A stretch of 64,000 nucleotides of DNA, from contig OZ076418.1 of NCBI GenBank assembly GCA_964187785.1, positions 27,094,001 to 27,158,000 on the forward strand, in the 5' to 3' direction. This document shows, piece after piece, positions 23,021-34,700 of the stretch; position 1 is the first letter of the stretch, and each line of letters opens with the position of its first letter. Under the pieces are notes generated by a model. It searched no databases. It was not told the origin of the DNA and was given only the letters and a program-made list of their open reading frames with translations. The position numbers were made by a program, and so were the translations under genes. This DNA is from Amphiscolops sp. MND2022 (lineage: Eukaryota).

Positions 23021-23847
23021 AATGTGGGGCATATGCGATGTATGCACGCTCGCCCTCACCGTCGCAAAGACCAGCTCCCACTACGATCGCTTCGCGATCT
23101 CCGTTCCCGCTAGGTCTTTGCTCCTGTTCGACCTCGCTTAGCAAGATGGGAATATAAGCGGCCCCAAGGGGCCGCGGGGCACTAGAGGAAATGGGGACAT
23201 ATCCGAGGCACGTTTTGTACTAAAAAAAACCGCGTTAAAGTTCGTCCATTCTGCAAAAAATCGCATTTCTGAACGTTTTGACATTTTTTGAGCAATTCTG
23301 ACCACTTTCTAGTTGTTCGACGCTTTTCCTATTTTTCTATTCGGTATAGGTCCGTTTTTTGCAAACTTTCGACCATTTTCTTCGATCATTTTACTTCGAT
23401 CAATTTCGTTCGATCACAGTTTCGCCCTTGCAATTCGACCGGATTATTTCGGGAAATGGTCATTTCGCCTAATGCCATTTCGCCTAAAGTCATTTCGCCT
23501 AACGTGTTTGGTCACTTCGCCTAATTTTTTTAGGCGAAACGTCTTTTACTTTGGTCACTTCGCCTAATTTTTTTTCAGAAACGTGAAAAACACATGAAAT
23601 TGGAAAACAAATAAATCGTTTAAGATCTAAAACTAAAAAGTGATATAAAATAGAAAACGTGCCTCGGATATGTCCCATTCCTTCTAGTGCCCCGCGGCCC
23701 CTTGGGGCCGCTTATGTTCCATCTTGCTAAGCGAGGTCGAACAGGAGCAAAGACCTAGCGGGAACGGAGATCGCGGAGCGATCGTAGTGGGAGCTGGTCT
23801 TTGCGACGGTGAGGGCGAGTGTGCATACACCGCATATGCCCCACATT
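23021..23847. repeat. Foldback structure with ~195-bp inverted arms and internal micro-repeats
   Basis: 23021-23216 is the near-exact reverse complement of 23654-23847; each arm has a GCGGCCCC-AA-GGGGCCGC hairpin; interior has TTTCGCCTAA and TTCGA repeats. Confidence 0.85.
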
Positions 23848-24342
23848 TTGATATTTTCGCTTTCAGAAAGCCTTTTTCGAAACATGATTATTTAGACGTT
23901 ATTCCCGTTTGGTCATTTCGCCTAATTTTCTTAGGCCACAGGCCGCAGGCTCGGAATCAACGTTCTTTGTTATCTTTTTAAATCCGTTTTCTTGTCTTCC
24001 TATTCAGGAGCTGGAAGGACACCAAAATGTTCGGTGTTACTATATATTAATTTTAATTGCAAATTCTAGCAATCAATTAATTTCTAGCAATTAATTGCAA
24101 TTAATTTTCAATCAATTAATTTTTGGGCAGCCCTGATATGGACCCCAATGACATATCACTTCCTTAGTAATTCTCGGTTGAGGATTCCAAATTTTTCGTA
24201 ACTGTTGAGGTGATATTTTACCGTGTACACGTCCTTGTCTGTCTTATAGTGTTCGCGCCATCGATTTATTCAGTTTGTAATTATCTTTATAGCTGTACTG
24301 CTCCCGCAACCCACGTTCAAAAAAACAATGGGTTTTGCGAGC

Positions 24343-25260
24343 CTATACTCGATTGGAGCCCGCCAATACTCTGTTAGAATGTGAATGCTTTTCATTCATG
24401 ATTGGAGTTAATGTGACCAAACATATGGTCTCAGTAGCATTCTTCTTGAATGCGGATAAATTCCACGGAAACCTGACAGGAAAGCCAGTGGGATCTCGGG
24501 GCGTGCCATTCCAGTTGACTTGCCCATGCTCTAGTGGCATTGGACATGCTTTCTTTGTTCTGGTTTTCAATACAGCCACTAGATTCTCTTCTTGTTGCAA
24601 TTCGAAATTTATTGTGGTGTATTTGCACGGCACACAAGTACCAGTCCTTGTTTGATTACTTCTTGATAGTCCAGAGGATTTTGATACTTGGGGTAGGTGA
24701 TAATTGACACCACAAGCGTTTTGCAATATGAAATGCAGCTTCGAAAGGTACTGAAGGATTCCGTTAGCACCAAATATCGGCGTTAGCACGGGTTCCAACG
24801 CTGGAAACCATCAATCAAGTCTTCTAACTCCGCTAGTCTGACGTCTGCAAGATAATTTGGGGTGAGGAACCCTGCCAGTTTGCGAGTCAGTTGTGAACTG
24901 CCTGAGAGAGGTTGTGTGTTATCGACAGCCACAAACAGACCAGAGGATGACACTAGACTGCTAATTATCCAGTGCCACAAAGAATTTGCATCATTTCAAA
25001 CTTTTCAGCATAATCGTTTTAGCTAGCATTCCTCCGAATACCGATAAGTTGTTCACATCTACTCTTCTAGTTAAGCAATTGAGAGCTGTCTAAAACGTTG
25101 GATGCTTTTCGACAACCTTAGCTCCTTTTCCAAGGGGCGAGGGTGCCAGTGCAGCACAACCAATCGATGAACCAATCGTGAAGATGGAAATGAATCCGAG
25201 ATGATAGATAAACAAGATCGCTGCTATCGTCATTGTCCGGACCGGACTTCACTTGTTTCA
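24343..25260 (-). pseudogene. Possible decayed secreted-protein gene
   Basis: Signal-like MTIAAILFIYHLGFISIFTIG near 25240; fragmented downstream ORFs including a CPMPLEHGQV segment reminiscent of a sushi/CCP start; several frameshifts and stops. Confidence 0.25.
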
Positions 25261-26627
25261 GAGGGGGAAGTTCTTAATGTCCAATTTATCCTCCTTTCTG
25301 CAAGATCTCTTCGGCGTTCGGCATTCTCCTCTGTAATTTTCTTGCTATCCTCATGCCGAGAAAAGAGCACAATGACTAAGGCCCAGGGAGTCTACTGAGG
25401 ACTCAAAAGCCCCAGCGGAGGATAGAAATGCCCCTATGTTCCCCAAATCAACGCCCAGAAGATATTGCTACTTCTCGTAACACACTTGGCCTGAGCGACG
25501 CCCCTTTCAAGCAGTTGTTTCTAAAAATTGACGTCGAAACGTAACTTGTAGGCGTATAAATGTTGTCACATTTTGTTTCTTTGCATCTCCGAGAAGTCTG
25601 AATAACAATATTTCAGCGAAACACAGTTCGTAACTCTACATACATCGCTAGCTACAAATTTCATCGTGCTGTTTTTTTCTCAATTTTTCCAACTTTTCCC
25701 TGAACGTTTTCAATTTTAATGGCGAAGATTAGAGAGCGATATAGCCTAAGAGAACGTGATAGCCTAAGAGATACCCTAAGAGCTCATCAAGACTGTTAAA
25801 AACTCGCGAAAGATACTTTTTTGGTGCTTACACCCCGTTTTTATTGATTTTGAGCACTATTCTACCCAAGTGGCGAGAACCCAGAAAGTTAGTCTTTTTG
25901 CTTGGATATCCTTGTTTAGTGCTTGGAGCTCCTGCTCCCCAGCTCCTTCTTTACTTCAGTGCTAACTCTCACCAGAAGCAGATCATATTTTGATTTTGAT
26001 GCGCTTCTGACAGATGCTAATGAACTCATACAAGTATGGAGCTGTACATCACTGCGAATTGGCCAAACAAAACCGAACCCCAACTGTGAACAAAGAAGTA
26101 TCATGAACAGATTGTTTTCTTTTGAAAAAGATGTGCTTCCGCTGAAAAGAAGTCTTTACGAAAAGTACGTTAACCGTGCTACAAACTGAACTTTTACCGG
26201 CGTGAAAAAAAACCTTTTGATAAAAACATCGTGCGTTAGAACCGTAAAAGAAATTTTAAACGTCCAAAAGCAATGCTAGCAAATCGAGATACATATTTGG
26301 TGCAGAAAACTAGTGCTAACTAAATGGTCCTCTTAGCTTGATGTATGGATCAGTTTCAAGGTTGTATTTTTGAATGCAGGGCAGAGAGTTGGCTGTGTTG
26401 CTGACAAACATGGACGTAGAAGGCGCTGCGAAAGGCAGAAGCAAGACCTCACTGTTGCCCAATCAGCGAAAGATGACAGTGCCACTGTATCCGTGCAACA
26501 TCAACAGTTTGAACTCCCATTGGATTGCAAAAATGATGTAGATGCATCCAATGCCAGCCACTCCGCATGACTGACAAAGATTTCATGCCTGAGACCGAGT
26601 TTTTTTAACGGCATCCTTTGGAACAGG

Positions 26628-27745
26628 TACAGTCGATTTGAGAAATGTGACATGTTGCGAAGCTTTTTTGAAAAATTCAAGTTTGACGTGGCACTAGGCA
26701 TGTGATTGCGCTTTTCGCTGTTTCCGCCATTTCAAATACGAAACGAGAATGAGAGCAGACCGAGCAAAAACACAGAGAACGAGATAGCGTGAGAGCTCAT
26801 CAAGACAGTTAAAATCTCGAGAAAAACTCTTTTGGTGGTAACAGTCTGTTTAAATTGATGTTGAGCACTATTCTACCCAAGTGTCGAGAACCGAAAAAGT
26901 GAGTCTTTTGCTTAAATATCAGTTTTTTACAAGTTTGTCTTTGTTGTTACTGGTCTACTGGGATAGTGACTGGTATGGGGTTTTCTCCTTTCGTTGCAGA
27001 CCACGGGTGTGTGTCTGCTCCCCCCAACATGATGACATACATGGCACTTAATTGATGACGAAGATCCATGTTATCTGATAGAGGAAAGACAAAACAATGT
27101 TAACTTTCAATGAAATAGGTTTTGTTTCGTTTCAGATGACATGTCAATTGACGTAATGTACCCATTGGGTTGTCAGAACGCCGAGGCTTCGTCTAATAGT
27201 CATTTTGATAAAAGATCTGAAAGTTAGTTAAGTCCATCCTTTCAAATTTCAAGTAACATGAGAGCTCCATGATTATTTTCCGCCCATATATAATGGGGGA
27301 GAAAAATCATGATGTGTGTTGCATTTTTTTACAAAATCTGGCAAAACTCCATCCACGTGACGGGTGGATCTCCATCCACTTGACTATTTAGTTACTTAAC
27401 TATTTTTGTTATAGCGGAATATATCCCGGTGCTTAGCGGGCGTCTTGTTTGAAACTGCTCGTCATTTTTTTCACTCTCTACATTCATAATTAAATGGAAA
27501 GGGTGGATTCACAACTGCCATAAGTGCAACTAATTGAAACATTAGTTTCACGGATAATGTTTATCAACGCAAACGAATCTGAACGGCTAAGGACTTTCAT
27601 TGTGTTTGGTAAAGTTACTCGACAACTACGATTAGTCACTTCCTCTTTTCGGCAGACTTGCCTGTTAGCTACTGCGGTATTGGCTGAAATCTCAAATTTT
27701 GACCTGAAAACTGCAAAGCGCCCCGGAAGGAACAAACCTTATTCA
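26628..27745 (+). pseudogene. Duplicated 5' end of PDS5 (leader exons, coding exon 1 with 2-nt deletion, part of intron 1)
   Basis: Colinear similarity to 31182-32270; exon-1 copy 27141-27222 reads MSIDVMYPLGCQ.. and is 82 nt versus 84 nt. A third partial copy lies at ~25704-25915. Confidence 0.85.
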
Positions 27746-29185
27746 CCCCAACAAACCACGTCACCCCGTCATCACAGCTGGTGGAAACCTTCACAATGCG
27801 TCCTCGCGGTCCCGGTACATTGCCAACATGCTAATATAAAGCTAGTGAACCCTTTAAAACCAATTCCGGATACCCCGGATTAACTTTTTCAACAGGTCTA
27901 ATAAATGCAAAAGGATACACTGTCTGCAACCGGTTATTTCTCGTTTCAGACCTCGGAAACATGCAGGAAACGCAGGAATTCTATTGGAAAAAAGCCTACC
28001 AGGCTTGACAAAGGCAATAAAAATAATCTAGGACTCTCCCAAAAGTTTTCCTAGATATGGACGCTCCGGGGCCGGAATGCAGGAAAACCTTTTAGTACGA
28101 CACAGAAATGAAAAAAGGGTCCCTTGTGGGGCGCCATACAAACTATTCTAGATGTAACGTCCACCTAGCAGCGTACGTCATAGAAGTGAGATAATGCCTG
28201 GGGTACTTAAACAGGGACCGTAGTCTTACTACAGCCCTAGACTTTAGTTCTTCATCCCGAAATTGTCTCCTAAAAGTGAATTTTTTAGACGTCAAAGCAG
28301 GCTCCTCAGTTAGAGCTCCGTGGCAACGTGCCGGCGCACTCAAAGTGCCGGCGACGTCCCACAAGCCTCTAAAAACGTACCTAAAGGTTCCTGCGACTTC
28401 CCACAAACTTCCGAGGTCCAAAACAGGTGTTTAGCCAAAGTTCATTTAATTAGCCGTTTAACGTCTAAAATGAGTGAATTATCACCTGAAATGAGGGGGT
28501 CAAACATCACCTAACATCTACAAAAACCACAAATACGATACAATTGACTGAAGAAACATCAGGCGTCAGTGTCAGTGAGCCTTGGTCTTGGACTTGCTAG
28601 GTGGCACATGCAAATTATGCAAACTTCTGAGTTTCTTCATCTCTTGGGCAGTTCTTCGGGTTCTGCTGGTAGCTGGGACGTCTTCCGGGGAGATGGCACC
28701 ACGCGGCGATTTCGGGGATACTTCTATGGCGGGGTGTTCTCTCTCAGGCAGGGCGGGGTCTGTTACCTGCGTTTTTTCGCTTCTACGGTTTTTGTAACTA
28801 CCGGGTCGGCCATCTTGATTCTGTGCATATTTTGATATCGCACGTTTCGAATTTTTGATCGAAGTTTTGTGACGTTTTTTGCTGGACGTTACAATGAGAA
28901 TTCAATGCCAGGACGAAGCTTCAAATTCGACGATAGGACTTCGACCGTAATGTGGTCCCCTGAAATTTTAAACTTCCAAAAAGACCCAGACCCAGGTAGT
29001 TGTGTAACGTTGGGTGGGGTATCTTTGGATCGAATTTTTGTGGGAACGAAAAGCGAGATCGAAAATGGATCGAAAGTTTTGAGATCGAATTGTTCCGTTT
29101 TTGCTTGGTTTTTTGCTCCTGCTGCAAAGCGTTCAAAATATTTTAGGTACTTTTCCCCGGGTGGCTGTAAATAGGTCGAATTTTT

Positions 29186-31100
29186 TTGGTCGAAAGGACA
29201 GAAGTCGAACCTTTTGATCGAATTGCAGGGATCGAATGGAGTGCTGTCGAATTTGATCGTATTTGTTGAATGGCTCGGTCGCTTCGCTCCCTTTGCCAAG
29301 TAGCAACACTGAGGCATGACCATATGGCACGTCGCTCCGCTTCGCTTCGCTACTGCATTCAGGGCACTAGGGGTATGTGAACATATCTGACTACGATATA
29401 AAAATTTCGATCCGAGTTGTTTCGATCACATTCGAAAATTTGGTATGTCGACCTGAGGACTAACTCTGATTTTCGATCCCGTTCCTTCGACCTATTTCCG
29501 CCCACCCCTGTTCCCCACCTAATATGGGATCATATACGATGCATGCACGCTCGCCCTCACCGTCGCAAAGACCAGCTCTCACTACGATCACTTCGCGATC
29601 TCCGTTCCCGCTAGGTCTTTGCTCCTGTTCGACCTCGCTTAGCAAGATGGGAACATAAGCGGCTCCAAGGGGCCGCGGGTCACTAGAGGAAATGGTGGTA
29701 TATCCGGAGTGTACGCCTTTGATCTAATTGCTTGGGTCTAATGGAATTAGATCTAACTGTTAGGTCTAACTTTCAGATCTAATTTTATCTAAAATAATTA
29801 GGTCTAACATCTTTATGATCTAATATGTGTTCTGGAAGCGAAAATATAATGTGGGGCATATGCGATGTATGCACGCTCGCTCTCACCGTCGCAAAGACCA
29901 GCTCCTACTACGATCGCTTCGCTATCTCCGTTCTCGCTAGGTCTTTGCTCCTGTTCGACCTCGCTTAGCAAGATGGGAATTTAAGCGGCCCCAAGGGGCC
30001 GCGGGGCACTAGAGGAAATGGGGACATATCCGAGGCACGTTTTATACTTCATATCACTCTTTAGTTTTAGATCCTAATTGACTTGTTTTTCTCTCAAATT
30101 AGATCAAATTAGACGAGATTTTTAGACCTGATTATTTAGATCAATTTATTTAGATCTCAGTTTTGCCCCCTCTCTTAGATCTATTTCATTAGACCTGATT
30201 CCACGTAGCCGTATATCCGACGTCCAAAAACATTGTTATTTGAAAACGCTAAGTGTTTGAAAACCTTGATTCGATCTCATTTACTTTGACCATTTTACTT
30301 CGATCTTGGTCGAATTTTTCTGGTCGAAAGGACAGAAGTCGAATTGCAGGAATCGAATGGAGTGCGGTCGAATTTGATCGTATTTGTTGAATGGCTCGAT
30401 CGCTTCGCTCCCTTCGCCAAGTAGCAACACTGAGGCATGACCATATGGCACGTCGCTCTGCTTCGCTTCGCTCCTGCATTCAGGGCACTACGGGTATGTG
30501 AACATATCTGACTACGATATAAAAATTTCGATCCGAGTTGTTTCGATCCCATTCAAAAATTTGGTGTGTCGACCTGAGGACTAACTCTGATTTTCGATCC
30601 CGTTCCTTCGACCTATTTCCGCCCACCCCTTTTTCCCCACCTAATATGGGATCATATACGATGTATGCACGCTCGCCCTCACCGTCGCAAAGACCAGCGC
30701 CCACTACGATCGCTTCGCGATCTCCGTTCCCGCTAGGTCTTTGCTCCTGTTCGACCTCGCTTAGCAAGATGGGAATATAAGCGGCTCCAAGGGGCCGCGG
30801 GGCACTAGAGGAAATGGGGACATATCCCTGGCACGTTTTATACTTTATATCACTTTTTAGTTTTAGATCCTAATTGACTTATTTTTTTTCTCAAATTAGA
30901 TCAAATTAGAAGAGATTTTTAGACCTGATTATTCAGATCAATTTATTTAGATCTCAGTTCTGCCCCCTCTCTTAGATCTATTTCATTAGACTTGATACCA
31001 CGTAGCCGTATATCCGACGTCCGAAAACATTGTTATTTGAAAATGCTAAGTGTTTGAAAACCTTGATTCGATCTCATTTACTTTGACCATTTTACTTCGA
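29186..31100 (+). repeat. Mosaic of direct repeats (29186-29700 ~ 30318-30830; 29848-30310 ~ 30655-31100) containing three more copies of the 200-bp foldback-arm module
   Basis: Direct sequence similarity seen by eye. Confidence 0.75.
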
Positions 31101-31665
31101 TCTCAGTGACAGATTGCATATTCGCGCAAATTCATTCTTTCCAAACGCCCACCGCCGTGTAACGAAATCCTTTGGTGCCGATACAGTCGATTTGAAAAAT
31201 GTGACATGTTGCGAAGTGTTTTTTTGAAAAATTCAAAATTGACGTGTCATTGGGCATTGATTGCGCTTTTCACAGTTTCCGCCATTTTCAATGCGAAACG
31301 AGAATGAGAGCAGACCGAGCAAAACACAGAGAACGAGATAGCCTGAGAGCTCATCAAGACAGTTAAAACCTCGAGGAAAAACTCTTTTGGTGGTAACAGT
31401 CTGTTTAAAATGATGTTGAGCACTATTCTACCCAAGTGTCGAGTTCCGGAAAAGTTAGTCTTTTGCTTGAATTTCCTTGTTTTTTTAGTAGTTTGTTTTT
31501 GTTGTTACTGGTATAGTGGCTGGTATGGGGTTTTCTCCTTTCGTTGCAGACCACGGGTGTGTGTCTGCTCCCCCCAACATGATGACGAAGATCCATGTTA
31601 TCTGATAGAGGAAAGAAAAAAATGTTACCTTTCAATGAATTAAGTTTTGTTTCATTTCAGATGAT

Positions 31666-31749
31666 ATGTCAAGTGACGTAATGTACCCATCGGGTTGTCA
31701 GCACGTCGAGCCTTCGTCTAATACAGTCCTTTTAATAAAAGATCTGAAA
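31666..31749 (+). CDS. PDS5: PDS5 coding exon 1 (MSSDVMYPSGCQHVEPSSNTVLLIKDLK)
   Basis: Matches the PDS5 N-terminal YPPGC motif; TTTCAG upstream, GTTAGT donor, phase 0. Confidence 0.8.
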
Positions 31750-34700
31750 GTTAGTCGAGTCCATCCTTTCAAATTTCAAGTAACATAAGAGCTCCATTAT
31801 CATTTCCGCCCATATAAAATGGGGGAGAAAAATCATGATGTGTGTTGCGTTTTTTTACAAAGTCTGCCAAAACTCCATCCTCGTGACGAGTGGATCTCCA
31901 TCCACTTGACTATTTAGTTACTTAACTATTTTTTTTATAGCGGAATATATCCCGGTGCTTAGCGGGCGTCTTGTTTGAAACTGCTCGTCATTTTTTTCAC
32001 TCTCTACATTCATAATTAAATGGAAAGGGTGGATTCACAACTGCCATAAGTGCAACTAATTGAAACATTAGTTTCACGGATAATGTTTATCAACGCAAAC
32101 GAATCTGAACGGCTAAGGACTTTCATTGTGTTTGGTAAAGTTACTTGACAACTACGAATAGTCACTTCCTTTATCGGTAAACTTGCCTGTTAGCTACTGC
32201 GGTATTGACTGAAATCTCAAATGTTGACCTGAAAACTGCAAAGCGCCCCGGAAGGAGCAAACCTTATTCATACTTTCGTTTATGCTGTGAGAATCTTGAA
32301 GTTTCGACGATGGAACTAATTTTAACTTCGAATGTTTTTACGCTTTCATTCATCTCATTTAGGTGCTTGCGGACAAATTGCAATGCTTGGAGCCGGAAGG
32401 AGCCAATTACCCTTCTTTAGCCAGCCACCTTCTACAGTCTGCTTTCATTCGACACAATGCAAAGGATGTGAAAGTATTGGTTGCATGTTGCCTCGCTGAT
32501 GTTTTACGTCTCAGTGCCCCCAATAACTGCGTCGACTCTGACAACGATCTGAAGGTTTGAATATCAAACGTTTTTAAGTTTTTAATTTTTAGGAGTCGGA
32601 AAAAATTTTCGACTACTTATGCAATCGTGTTGTTTTTTTTTCTCCCGACCTTTTCATGAAAAATTCAAATTTCTCAAAAACTGTCCATACGATTTTTATA
32701 AAATTTTGCACAGTCATTCTACACCCAAAGGGGCCCCTGCGTGCGCAATGGCATCAAAATCGTATGATTGGGTTGTGAGAAACATAGCCAAAATTAGCCC
32801 AAAAATGGCCGAAAAACAGCCATTTTTCGACTTTTTTCGATTTTCTCAAAAACTGTCCATACGATTCGAACAAAATTTTCTACAGTTATTCTACACCATA
32901 TTAGAGTCCTATATGTGCAATGGCATCAAAATCGTATGGCTGGGATGTGAGAAACATAGCCAAAATTAGCCCAAAAATGGCTAAAAAACAGCCATTTTTC
33001 CACTTTTTTCGATTTTCTCAGAAACTGCCCATACGATTCGAACGAAATTTTCTACAGTTGTTCTACACCATATTAGAGTCCTATATGTGCAATGGTATCA
33101 AAATCGTATGGATGGAATGTGAGAAACATAGCCAAAATTAGCTCAAAAATGGCCAAAAAACCGCCATTTTTCGACTTTTTTCGATTTTCTCAAAAACTGT
33201 CCATATGATTCGAACGAAATTTTCTACAGTTATTCTACACCATATTAGAGTCCTATATGTGCGATGGCATCAAAATCGTATGGCTGGGATGTGAGAAACA
33301 TAGCCAAAGTTAGCCCAAAAATGGTAAAAAAAGGCCATTTTTCGACTTCAGAAGGAAAAAGACCTAAGCCGACTCCTTTACCGCACATGCGGCTCTGGTT
33401 TCACTTGCTTTTCATCTGATATTATTGAAATCTCAAAATGTCTACTTTTTTTCAGTACAATTCTTCGCACGATACTGAATAATTCAGATATTTGTTCGGC
33501 AGTGACTGCAAGCGTGAGAATTAAATTTCTCAAGCTGCCGACGACATTTCAATACTCGTGCGATGGAACGAGCGAGTGGTAATTATGCATTCGTACGCTG
33601 ACGTCATTGAGATGAAGCGAATGAGTGTTAATTATTCGTTCTCGGAGAGCTTTGCCTGCATGCAAATGCGAAACTTTGTCTACGCTTAGTAGTTTTATTT
33701 TCTTTAGTCCGAGGAGAATTCAAGGAGGTGTAAACTTGTACAGTGATTAATTGTGCGCTAAACGATGATTAAACAGTGATATCAACGCCTCGACAGTCCG
33801 AAAAACAGCCATGGTAACGCAAGGTAGCCACGGACCATCCGGCGTCGACGCCAACGACTGGCGCAGGTGGCTTTCACATTTCGGTCAACCATCCTGGAAC
33901 CTCTGCAAGGCTCTTGCGGCATTTGCCCGGAGACTCGCAACAGATCAAATGCATGATCTAACTCCCTACAACGCATGTCGTCTCATACCGCTTGACAAAA
34001 ACCCAGGTGTCAGACCAATCGGAGTGGGCAAAGTCATCAGACGCATAATTGGGAGGAACATTCTTCGATGCATCGGGAACGATCTCAAGATCTTGGGCCA
34101 GAATAGGCAACTCTGCCTTGGTCAAAAATGTGGCATCGAACACGCCATTCACAGTCTACGTGAGACGTTCGAGCTGCCAGAGACAGAAGGGCTTCTCCTG
34201 ATTGACGCCAAAAACGCGTTCAATAGTCTAAATAGGGATCTGGCCCTGAAAAATATACAGAAAACCTGTCCATCCATCATAACAGCGCTCCGAAACTCAT
34301 ATGGTTTACCTTCAAACCTTTACGTGAATGGGAAAACTCTCTTGTCGCAAGAAGGAACTACTCAAGGCGACCCTTTGGCTATGTCCATGTATGGCATTGC
34401 GCTTCTACCGTTAATGGACTTCGTGAACGAAGAAGGAGTGCTTCAAAAATGGTATGCTGACGATGGCAATGTAGCCGGTAGCATCGAATCGCTCCGAAAT
34501 CTCTTCGAAAAACTGAAGCTCCACGGTCCCGCATTTGGATACAACATCACTAAATGTCATCTCATCACGAAAGATTCCTCCATTGACAAAGCAAAAGAAC
34601 TCTTTAAAGACGAGGATGTTGAACTAGTGGGAGGACACCGTGTACTGGGGTCCGTTATTGGATCGTCCGAGGCCTGTCACGCTTTCCAGTCCTCCAAACT

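Noticed and set aside
25923-26570. ORFs 25923-26189 and 26370-26570
   Set aside because: Non-ATG starts and no recognisable homology.
28587-28814. Minus-strand MADPVVTKTVEAKK.. ORF of ~80 aa after a homopolymer fix
   Set aside because: Low-complexity, no motif, within repeat-rich sequence.
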